From Gammaproteobacteria bacterium (GTDB lineage: Bacteria > Pseudomonadota > Gammaproteobacteria > JAJPIJ01): a stretch of 64,000 nucleotides of DNA. The stretch is taken from contig JAJVHZ010000011.1 in NCBI GenBank assembly GCA_022072255.1, positions 39,540 through 103,539 on the forward strand, given 5' to 3'. Below, piece by piece: positions 30,484-38,511 of this stretch. Positions within the stretch are counted from its first letter, which is position 1, and the number at the start of each line of letters is the position of its first letter. The notes below the pieces were generated by a model, which was given only the letters and a program-made list of their open reading frames with translations, did no database searches and was not told the origin of the DNA. A program made the position numbers and the translations under genes.

Positions 30484-31269
30484 ATGACGATACTCATCTA
30501 CCTGCTGCTCGGCGTGTTCGCGGGGTTTCTCGGCGGTCTGCTGGGGCTGGGCGGCGGCATCGTCGTGGTGCCCGCGCTGTTCTTCATCTTCCGCGGCCTG
30601 GGATTCCTGCCCGGGGCGATCATGCACATGGCGATCGGCACCTCGCTCGCCACGGTCGTGCTGACGGCGACCGTCTCGACCTGGGCGCATCACCGCCGCG
30701 GCGCCGTGATGTGGCCTGCGGTCGCGCGTTTCGCACCGGGCATCGTGGTCGGCAGCCTCGCCGGGGGCGTGCTCGCGGATCAGCTCGCGGGCACCGCCCT
30801 GCGCATCTTCTTCGGGCTGTTCGAACTCCTGATCGCCCTGCAACTCGCCTTTGGATTGCAGCCGAAGCCGACGCGCACGCTGCCGTCCACGGGGACCATG
30901 GCCGCCGTCGGGGCGGGCATCGGCGGACTCTCGGCAGTGTTGGGTATCGGCGGCGGCACGATGACCGTTCCGTTCCTGGTGTGGTGCAACGTCGGGATCC
31001 GCCAGGCGGTGGCGACCTCGGCCGCCTGCGGCCTGCCGATCGCGGTGGCCGCCACCGTCAGCCACGTGATCGCCGGGCTGCACACGACCGGCCTGCCCGT
31101 GGGGGCGATCGGATACGTCTACTGGCCGGCGGTCGTCGTGACCGGGCTGGCCAGCGTGGTCTTCGCGCCGCTGGGGGCGCGGGTGGCGCACGCGATCCCG
31201 ATGACGGCGCTCCGCTGGATCTTTTCGACGGTGCTGGCGATCATCGGCGTCCGCATGCTCATGGGCTGA
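30484..31269 (+). CDS. TauE/SafE (DUF81) family sulfite/anion exporter membrane protein
   Basis: About 262 aa with two internal repeats of Gly-rich TM helices (GLLGLGGGIVVVP and VLGIGGGTMTVP). Confidence 0.75.
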   Translation: MTILIYLLLGVFAGFLGGLLGLGGGIVVVPALFFIFRGLGFLPGAIMHMAIGTSLATVVLTATVSTWAHHRRGAVMWPAVARFAPGIVVGSLAGGVLADQLAGTALRIFFGLFELLIALQLAFGLQPKPTRTLPSTGTMAAVGAGIGGLSAVLGIGGGTMTVPFLVWCNVGIRQAVATSAACGLPIAVAATVSHVIAGLHTTGLPVGAIGYVYWPAVVVTGLASVVFAPLGARVAHAIPMTALRWIFSTVLAIIGVRMLMG

Positions 31270-31281
31270 AGCGGTCGCCAT

Positions 31282-31740
31282 TTGTGCCATCGGCGTTATG
31301 ATCCGCGCATGCAGCACGCTCTGCAGGTTCGGCCGTACGGAACTCCGGCGACCAGGCATTGCCTGGAGATCGGCGCATTCGAGCTTGGGGCGCAGCGGCG
31401 CGATGCGGGCGCCGAGACCAGGCGCGGCCCCCGACGACGGCTGCGCTGCGCCCGATGCGGACATGCGATCACCGAGGCCGAACAGCGCATCGTGGTCGGC
31501 GGCAGCCACGCCCATCGGTTCGCCAATCCCTCGGGCTGGGTCTACGAGATCGGGTGCTTTCGTGACGCCGCCGGCTGCTCGACGGTTGGCGATCCGGTCG
31601 CCGAGCACACCTGGTTCGCGGGCTATCGCTGGCAGATCGCGGTCTGCGCGCAGTGCGGCGGACACCTCGGCTGGCGTTACCGCGGGGGCGAGGCGATCTT
31701 TCACGGCCTCATCCTGGAGAGGCTGACTGCCGAACAGTGA
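31282..31740 (+). CDS. Bacterial cereblon-like CULT domain protein
   Basis: Two CxxC pairs (CARCGH and CAQCGGH) and a tri-Trp motif EHTWFAGYRWQIAVCAQCGGHLGW. The latter aligns to the human CRBN thalidomide-binding pocket ([24 protein letters not shown]). Confidence 0.7.
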   Translation: MCHRRYDPRMQHALQVRPYGTPATRHCLEIGAFELGAQRRDAGAETRRGPRRRLRCARCGHAITEAEQRIVVGGSHAHRFANPSGWVYEIGCFRDAAGCSTVGDPVAEHTWFAGYRWQIAVCAQCGGHLGWRYRGGEAIFHGLILERLTAEQ

Positions 31741-31768
31741 GACCAGAGGCCCCGACCGGATCACATAC

Positions 31769-32341
31769 ATGGAACCTAAGCCCACGCTGTCTCCGGAGAC
31801 CGTCGCGCACCTGCTCTCGACGCGCCGCACGATCCACGACTTCAAGCCCGGCTTGCCGCCGCCGGAGGTGATCCACGCCGCCATCGACGCGGCGCGCTGG
31901 GCGCCCAACCACCGCCTGACCGAGCCCTGGCACTTCTACCTGCTCGGGCGCGAGACCGCCGATGCCATTGCCGACCTCAATGCCGATCTGATCGCCGCGA
32001 GCGGCGACGCCGCCGGCGCCGAACGGAAACGCAAGCGATGGCGCGCCGTACCGGGCTGGCTGTTGCTGACCTGCGAGCGATCGGAGGACGCGGTGCGCGC
32101 GCGGGAGGACTATGCCGCCTGCTGCTGCGCGGCGCAGAACATGTTGCTGTATCTCTGGAGCGCCGGTGTCGGCGTGAAGTGGACCACCGGTCAGGTGGTG
32201 TGCGATCCGCGCTTTTTCGAGCTGACCTGGATCGACCCGGAGCGCGAGACGGTGGTGGGGATGTTCTGGTACGGCTATGCGGCAGAGGTGCCGGCGACGA
32301 CGCGCAGACCGGTGGACGAGGTCCTGGTGCGGCTGCCGTGA
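31769..32341 (+). CDS. Nitroreductase family protein
   Basis: 190 aa carrying the RRTIHDF, WAPNHRLTEPW and KWTTG family motifs. Confidence 0.7.
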   Translation: MEPKPTLSPETVAHLLSTRRTIHDFKPGLPPPEVIHAAIDAARWAPNHRLTEPWHFYLLGRETADAIADLNADLIAASGDAAGAERKRKRWRAVPGWLLLTCERSEDAVRAREDYAACCCAAQNMLLYLWSAGVGVKWTTGQVVCDPRFFELTWIDPERETVVGMFWYGYAAEVPATTRRPVDEVLVRLP

Positions 32342-33378
32342 CGGGCGCTGCGCTGCGGGTACCGGGGCATGTTCCGCTCGCGGTGGCCACACGCGGCGGC
32401 ATCGTCGAGGCGGTGCATCATGGCTCGATCGCGGTAGTCGACGCCGTCGGCCGCACCCTGCACGCCTGCGGCGACAGCCAGGCCGTCATCTTCCCGCGCT
32501 CCAGCCTCAAGCCCTTCCAGGCCATGCCGCTCATCGCCCATCCGCAGTTCGTGCGGCTGCAGTTCACCGGCAGGGAGATCGCGCTCTGCTGTGCCAGCCA
32601 TTCCGGCGAGCCCCGGCACGCCGAGGCGGTGGCGGAAATGCTGCACAAGATCGGATGCAAACAGCAGGATCTGCAGTGCGGCACGCATCCGCCGTTGTAC
32701 TTCGAGGCCATGGGCATCCGGCCGCGCGCCGAGGATATCTACACGCCCGTGCACCACAACTGCTCCGGCAAGCACACCGGCATGCTGGCCCTGAGCGCGC
32801 TGCTCGAGGCTCCGGTCGACGGCTACGTGGAGATCGATCACCCGGTGCAGAGGGCGATACGCGCCGCGGTGGCGCATTTCAGCGGGGTTCCGGCCACGGA
32901 CCTCGTGGTCGGCATCGATGGCTGCAGCGCGCCCAACTTCGCGCTGCCGCTGGCGGCCCTGGCCCGCGCCTATGCGCGTCTCGGGCGCACCGATCCCGAC
33001 GGGAAATACGGTGAGGCGCCGCGAACGATCGTCGAATCCATGGTCGCGCACCCGGAGATGGTCTCGGGCATGAAACGCATGGACCTGGCCCTGGCGCATG
33101 CCGGCCATGGCGATTTCGTACCGAAGAGCGGGGCCGAAGCGGTGCACGCGATGCTGGTGCGTGGGCGCGGGATCGGGATCGCCGTAAAGGTCGCGGACGG
33201 GGCGGCCCGTGCCCTGCACGTCGTCATCGTCGAGACGCTGCGTCAGCTCGGGCTCGTGGGCGAGCTTGCCGACACGCCGCTGGAGTGCCATGCGCGGCCG
33301 CCGATCCGCAACTGGCGGGGCGTGACCACGGGCGAGGTGCTGCCGGTCTTCGCGCTGACTCCGGCGTCGCCTGCATGA
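32338..33378 (+). CDS. Asparaginase II (Rhizobium AnsA-type, PF06089) family protein
   Basis: RGGIVEAVHHGSIAVVDAVGRTLHACGD...RSSLKPFQAMPLI resembles the R. etli asparaginase II N-terminus. GTG start overlaps the upstream stop (GTGA). Confidence 0.65.
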   Translation: MTGAALRVPGHVPLAVATRGGIVEAVHHGSIAVVDAVGRTLHACGDSQAVIFPRSSLKPFQAMPLIAHPQFVRLQFTGREIALCCASHSGEPRHAEAVAEMLHKIGCKQQDLQCGTHPPLYFEAMGIRPRAEDIYTPVHHNCSGKHTGMLALSALLEAPVDGYVEIDHPVQRAIRAAVAHFSGVPATDLVVGIDGCSAPNFALPLAALARAYARLGRTDPDGKYGEAPRTIVESMVAHPEMVSGMKRMDLALAHAGHGDFVPKSGAEAVHAMLVRGRGIGIAVKVADGAARALHVVIVETLRQLGLVGELADTPLECHARPPIRNWRGVTTGEVLPVFALTPASPA

Positions 33379-33794
33379 CAGTCGCGCAGGAATCCATCAG
33401 TATCCATACGGGCGGACGCGGCGCGCACGACATCACCTCGGAGGTTGAACGCGTCGTCGGGGGAAGCGGCGTGCGCATCGGCACCTGCCACGTATTCGCG
33501 AGCCACACCAGCGCCTCGCTCATCGTCTGCGAGAACGCCGACCCGCAGGTGCTGGGCGACCTGGAGGCCTGGCTCGCCCGGCTGGTGCCGGACGGAGATC
33601 GCCTGTTCCGGCACACCGCGGAGGGGCGCGACGACATGCCGGCGCACGTGCGCTCGGTGCTGACGCATACGGACGTCGTGCTGCCGGTGAGCGCGGGCCG
33701 CCTGCGGCTCGGCACCTGGCAGGGCGTTTATCTGTACGAGCATCGCATCGCCGCGCACACGCGGCAGGTCATCATCACCGTCCAGGGAGAGTGA
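33375..33794 (+). CDS. YjbQ/UPF0047 family protein (secondary thiamine-phosphate synthase-like)
   Basis: Start MTVAQESISIHTGGRGAHDIT. About 139 aa. ATG overlaps the upstream stop (ATGA). Confidence 0.7.
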   Translation: MTVAQESISIHTGGRGAHDITSEVERVVGGSGVRIGTCHVFASHTSASLIVCENADPQVLGDLEAWLARLVPDGDRLFRHTAEGRDDMPAHVRSVLTHTDVVLPVSAGRLRLGTWQGVYLYEHRIAAHTRQVIITVQGE

Positions 33795-33796
33795 GC

Positions 33797-35575
33797 ATGA
33801 GTTTCAGGTCCGGAGTTGTGCGTGTGGTCGTGACCTTCCTCGCGGGGCTGATGGTCCCGGCGGTGCATGCCGGCGAGGGTGACTGGCCGCTGCATGGCCA
33901 CGACTACGGCAACACCCGCTTCAGTCCGCTGCGGCAGGTGACGCGTGAGAACGTCGGCAAACTGCAACTGGCGTGGACGATAAACACCGGCAGGAAGGCC
34001 TCCTTCCAGACGACCCCGATCGTGGTCGACGGCGTCATGTACATCACGACCCCCTACAACGACGTGCTGGCGCTGAATGCCGCCACCGGCGAGCAGGTCT
34101 GGCGCTACAACCACGTGCTGCGCACGGAGGAGTTCTGCTGCGGGCCGGCCAATCGCGGCGCCGGCGTGGCGGGCGGCAGGCTCTACATGGCGACGATCGA
34201 CAACCGCCTGCTCGCGCTCGACACTGCCACCGGCGCCGTCGCCTGGGACGTCGAGATCACCAACACCGACCCCGGCGTGCGCGAGGCGGTGGCACCATTG
34301 CTGGGCGAGGCCCTGTTCAAGGACGCGACCGTCACCGGCGGCACCGGCTACAGCGCCAACATGGCGCCGCAGGTGTTCGACGGCAAGGTCTACGTCGGCA
34401 TCACCGGCACCGGCTACGGACTGCACCTGGACCTCAAGGACAAGGGCGATGCGGCCCTGTCGGTCGTCGGGTTCTCCGGCGGCGACAACGGGCTGCGCGG
34501 TTTCCTGGCGGCCTACGACGCGGCGACGGGCCGTGAGCTCTGGCGCTGGCACACCGTGCAGGACGAGCGCTGGGTCGGCGAGTGGCGCGCACGCACGCCC
34601 GACGGCGTGGCGCTGAACCGCGATCTCGACGCCGAGAAGGCGGCGGCGGCGAAGTGGCGGGACGCGTGGCGGCTCGGCGGCGGATCGATCTGGACCACGC
34701 CGGCGATCGACACCGGGACGCGCACGCTGTACATCGGCACCGGCAATCCCGCCCCGCAGATGGATGACCAGACCCGCCCGGGCGACAACCTCTACACCAG
34801 CAGTGTCGTGGCGCTGGACGCCGACACCGGCAAGCTGAAGTGGGGGTACCAGCTCGTTCCGCACGATCGCTGGGGCTACGACGCCGCCAGTCCGCCGGTG
34901 CTCATCACCGTGCAGCGTGACGGGACCACGATCCCCGCCGTCGCCGCCGCCGGCAAGACCGGCTGGGTGTATGTGCTCGACCGGCGCAGCGGCGAGCTCA
35001 TCTACAGGTCCGAGCCGTTCGTCCCGCAACGCAACCTGTTCGCACGGCCCACGGCCGAGGGCGTGGAGATCGCGCCGGCGATACTGGGCGGCGGCCAATG
35101 GTCGCCGGCCGCCTACGACAGCGCGACCCACACCTATTTCATCGAGGGGGTCCACCATCCCGCGACCTACTACACGAAACCGCTTACGCCCACCCCCGGC
35201 ATGCCCTGGACGAGCTACACCTATATGGAACTGTCCAAGTCCGAGCGCGGCGGCACGCTGACGGCCATCGACGCGGCCAACGGACGCATACGCTGGCAGC
35301 AGCAGACCCCGGAACCGTTGCTGGGCGGCCTGGCCGTCACTGCCGGCGGGCTGGTGTTCGCCGGGGAGGGCGACGGCCGTTTCAGCGCCTTCGACGCCGA
35401 CGGCGGCGCGCGTCTCTGGAGCTACCAGGCGGAGGCCGGGGTCAACGCCCCGCCTGTCGTCTATGAGGTCGGCGGCAGGCAGTACGTGGCGGTGGCGGCA
35501 GGGGGGAATTCATTGTTCAACTTCAAGACCGGCGACGGGCTCCTCGTCTTTGCCCTGCCGGCGGGTGAGCGGTAG
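33797..35575 (+). CDS. PQQ-dependent dehydrogenase (quinoprotein alcohol dehydrogenase family), secreted
   Basis: Signal peptide, vicinal Cys-Cys (EEFCCGPANRG), an eight-bladed beta-propeller with Trp docking motifs, and conserved DGxxxW repeats. Preceded by AGGGAG. Confidence 0.8.
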   Translation: MSFRSGVVRVVVTFLAGLMVPAVHAGEGDWPLHGHDYGNTRFSPLRQVTRENVGKLQLAWTINTGRKASFQTTPIVVDGVMYITTPYNDVLALNAATGEQVWRYNHVLRTEEFCCGPANRGAGVAGGRLYMATIDNRLLALDTATGAVAWDVEITNTDPGVREAVAPLLGEALFKDATVTGGTGYSANMAPQVFDGKVYVGITGTGYGLHLDLKDKGDAALSVVGFSGGDNGLRGFLAAYDAATGRELWRWHTVQDERWVGEWRARTPDGVALNRDLDAEKAAAAKWRDAWRLGGGSIWTTPAIDTGTRTLYIGTGNPAPQMDDQTRPGDNLYTSSVVALDADTGKLKWGYQLVPHDRWGYDAASPPVLITVQRDGTTIPAVAAAGKTGWVYVLDRRSGELIYRSEPFVPQRNLFARPTAEGVEIAPAILGGGQWSPAAYDSATHTYFIEGVHHPATYYTKPLTPTPGMPWTSYTYMELSKSERGGTLTAIDAANGRIRWQQQTPEPLLGGLAVTAGGLVFAGEGDGRFSAFDADGGARLWSYQAEAGVNAPPVVYEVGGRQYVAVAAGGNSLFNFKTGDGLLVFALPAGER

Positions 35576-35592
35576 GGGCGGGGCGTCGACGG

Positions 35593-36888
35593 GTGTGGCG
35601 ATTGTTCAAGTATGCCTTCTGGCTGGCGCTGACCGCGCTACTCCTCGGTCCATTCGTCCTGGCGGCGATGATGTTCGAGGCGGCCCCACGCATCACGGGC
35701 GATGCGAAGATCGCGGTCGAGGACGTCGAGCGGCTCAAGACACTGCTCAAGCAGAACGACCCGCGTGACCTGCGCGAGGGCGAGACGCGCCGGATTGAAC
35801 TCAGCCAGCGGGATATCAACCTTGGTGTCGAATACGTACTATCCCGGCTGCCGCTGGTGCAGGGGGCGGTGGCACGAACCGAGGTCGCGGCCGGCCACGC
35901 CACGGTCGAGGCGAGCCTCCCGACGCCCGGCAATCCGTTCGGCCAGTACTGCAACCTGTCCATGCGCCTGCGCCCGGCCGCGCGCGGTGTGGCCGTCGAC
36001 GCGCTGCGGGTCGGACGTGTGCCGGTCCCGGGGTGGCTGCTGGGCAGGGCGCTCGAGCTCGCGGATGGTCGCGCGCGGGATATCGCGGGCTACCGTGAGG
36101 CCAGCGACGTCGCGCAGGCCATCTCCGAGGTCGACTTCCGGCCCGGGGCCGTCGCGTTCGTCATGCAGTGGCATGGTGACCTCGCCCGGCGCGTCGAGCG
36201 GCAGGGGCGCGAGCTGGTGCTGCCCGCCGAGGAGCGCGCCCGCCTGCAGGTGCACTACGAGGAGCTGGCGCGGATCCTGAGCAACCGCCTCAAGGACGGC
36301 GACTCACTGGTGTACTTGTTGCGCCCGATGTTTTCCTACGCCGCGGATCGCAGCGAGGACGGCAATGACCCGGCGAAGGAAAACAAGGCGGCGATGGTCG
36401 CCCTGGCGCTGTATGCCGCGGCGGCGCCGGAGGATCTGGGACGCCTGTTCGGCGACGAGGAGGCGCGGGGTCTGACACCGCTGAAGGCGGTCGAGGTCAC
36501 GCTCGACGGGCGCGCCGATCTGGCCAGGCACTTCCTCGTCTCCGGGGCGTTGAGCGCCGCGGCCAACGACGTGATCGCCGATGTCATCGGCGTGTTCAAG
36601 GAGGTCCAGGACTCCCGCGGCGGTTCGGGCTTCAGTTTCGCGGATCTCGCCGCGGACCGGGCCGGGGTGCGCTTCGGACAGCTTGCCGTTCGATCGCCCG
36701 ACGCGCTCCAGCAGCGAGTCGCGGCGGCCGCCGAGGAGCGCGAGTTCATGCCATCCGTGGGAGACCTGCCCGAGGGCATGCAGGAGCCGGAGTTCATCCG
36801 GCGCTTCTCGAACCGCGACAGCAGCGCCTACGCCGAGGTCGTGGCCGAGATCGAGAGCCGCCTCGATCGCTGCGTGCTGTTCCGCTGA
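35593..36888 (+). CDS. Hypothetical membrane-anchored protein (single N-terminal TM, large extracytoplasmic domain)
   Basis: 431 aa with TM segment FWLALTALLLGPFVLAAMMF. No recognisable family. Starts 17 nt after the PQQ dehydrogenase gene. Confidence 0.5.
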   Translation: MWRLFKYAFWLALTALLLGPFVLAAMMFEAAPRITGDAKIAVEDVERLKTLLKQNDPRDLREGETRRIELSQRDINLGVEYVLSRLPLVQGAVARTEVAAGHATVEASLPTPGNPFGQYCNLSMRLRPAARGVAVDALRVGRVPVPGWLLGRALELADGRARDIAGYREASDVAQAISEVDFRPGAVAFVMQWHGDLARRVERQGRELVLPAEERARLQVHYEELARILSNRLKDGDSLVYLLRPMFSYAADRSEDGNDPAKENKAAMVALALYAAAAPEDLGRLFGDEEARGLTPLKAVEVTLDGRADLARHFLVSGALSAAANDVIADVIGVFKEVQDSRGGSGFSFADLAADRAGVRFGQLAVRSPDALQQRVAAAAEEREFMPSVGDLPEGMQEPEFIRRFSNRDSSAYAEVVAEIESRLDRCVLFR

Positions 36889-36933
36889 CGCCGGTCGGCG
36901 GGCATCGGCGGCACCGCCCGCGCGTCGCGGCGC

Positions 36934-38046
36934 TCACCGCTCGGCGCCCAGGGCACGCGCGCGCCCCAGCGTGGCGGCGCGTCGGCGTTCGTCGGCCGCG
37001 GCATCCCACCCGTCGCTCACCTCGGGCCAGCCGGCCGCATGCCGCAGCGCCAGTTCCACCAGTGCGTCGATATGCCCGGCGTCTTCGTTGAGCGCGGGGA
37101 TGTAGCTGTATCGATCGCCGCCGGCCTGCAGGAAGGCGTCGCGGCCGCGCATGGCGATCTCCTCGAGCGTCTCCAGACAATCGGCGGAGAATCCCGGGCA
37201 GAGCACGTCCAGCGATTTCACACCGCGGGCGGGCAGCCCGCGCAAGGTGACGTCCGTGTATGGCTGCAACCATTGCGCGGGCCCGACCCGCGACTGGAAC
37301 GCTACCAGGCATTCGTCCGTTCCCAGCCCCAGCGCCTCGCAGAGCAGCCGTGCGGTCTTCCTGCACTGGCAGTGATAGGGGTCGCCGGCCAGCATGTATT
37401 TTCGCGGTATGCCGTGAAACGACAGCAGCAGCCGTTCGCCGCGGCCATGGCTCGCCCAGTGCGACTCCACGGATCGCTTCAGCGCGCCTATGTATAGGCC
37501 GTCGTCGTGGTAGCTCATCACGGTGCGCAACTCCGGCACCCAGCGCCAGGTCCGCAGTACCGCGCTCACGGCGTCCACGGTCGAGGCGGTCGTGGCCGCG
37601 CAGTATTGCGGATACAGCGGCAGCACGAGCAGACGCCGTGCGCCAGCCTCGCGCAGCTCCGCCATCGCGGCGCGTATCGAGGGATTGCCGTAGCGCATGC
37701 CGAGCGCGACTTGTACCGGTCCCGGACAGCGCGCCTGCAGTGAGTGCTGTAGCGCGGCGGCCTGCCGGCGCGAGAACACGAGCAGTGGCGAGCCCGCCTC
37801 GGTCCAAACCTGTCGATAGGCATGCGCCGATTTGGCGGGGCGAATGTTGAGGATGACGCCGTGCAGGAGCGGCAGCCAGACCATGCGAGGTGTCTCGACG
37901 ACGCGCGGATCGGCGAGAAACTCCGCGAGGAACCGGCGCAGCGCTCTCGGTGTGGGTTCATCCGGCGTGCCGAGGTTGGTGAGCAGTACGCCCAGGCAAC
38001 TGCGCGCGTCGTGGCGGAAACCGGATTGTCCCTGATAGGCAGTCAT
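36934..38046 (-). CDS. hemH: Ferrochelatase
   Basis: LLTNLGTPDEPT and LPLYPQY motifs and 370 aa length. Start at MTAYQG (38046). Confidence 0.85.
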   Translation of the reverse strand: MTAYQGQSGFRHDARSCLGVLLTNLGTPDEPTPRALRRFLAEFLADPRVVETPRMVWLPLLHGVILNIRPAKSAHAYRQVWTEAGSPLLVFSRRQAAALQHSLQARCPGPVQVALGMRYGNPSIRAAMAELREAGARRLLVLPLYPQYCAATTASTVDAVSAVLRTWRWVPELRTVMSYHDDGLYIGALKRSVESHWASHGRGERLLLSFHGIPRKYMLAGDPYHCQCRKTARLLCEALGLGTDECLVAFQSRVGPAQWLQPYTDVTLRGLPARGVKSLDVLCPGFSADCLETLEEIAMRGRDAFLQAGGDRYSYIPALNEDAGHIDALVELALRHAAGWPEVSDGWDAAADERRRAATLGRARALGAER

Positions 38047-38121
38047 GCGCGCGTGGCTTGCTACCGCGAGTACGGGCGGCGAGTATAGCAAGCCATCAAC
38101 CCCGGCAGCAGGAGACGAGAC

Positions 38122-38484
38122 GTGCACATCAGGCGGACGGTGGATTGCGAGGCCTATACGGCCAACGACGGCTGTGCCATACGCGAGCTGCTGCATCCGG
38201 AGAATGAGCCCGTCGCATTGCCGTATTCACTCGCTGAAGCTCGGGTGGAGCCCGGCGCGCGGTCCTGTCGCCACAAGCTGGCGGGCGCGGAGGTCTACTA
38301 CATCCTGGAGGGTTGCGGCGTGATGCATGTCGACGCCGAGGCGGGACCCTGCATGCAGGGCGACGTCGTTCATGTCCCGGCAGAGGCCGTGCAGTGGATC
38401 GAAAACCCCGGCGTCAATCTGCTGCGGTTCCTCTGCATCGTCAGTCCTCCCTGGCGCGTCGAGGACGACACGCGCCTGGAGTGA
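38122..38484 (+). CDS. Cupin domain protein
   Basis: 120 aa. The HKLAGAEVYYILEG ... GDVVHVPAE region fits a conserved-barrel cupin. Confidence 0.55.
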   Translation: MHIRRTVDCEAYTANDGCAIRELLHPENEPVALPYSLAEARVEPGARSCRHKLAGAEVYYILEGCGVMHVDAEAGPCMQGDVVHVPAEAVQWIENPGVNLLRFLCIVSPPWRVEDDTRLE

Positions 38485-38511
38485 TCCACGCGCGCTCGGG
38501 CACGCGCCGGT

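Noticed and set aside
27616-31269. 1217-aa plus-strand ORF
   Set aside because: Only its last about 262 codons (30484-31269) form the real TauE/SafE gene. The rest is antisense to the epimerase and slt genes, with Arg/Gly/Ala low complexity.
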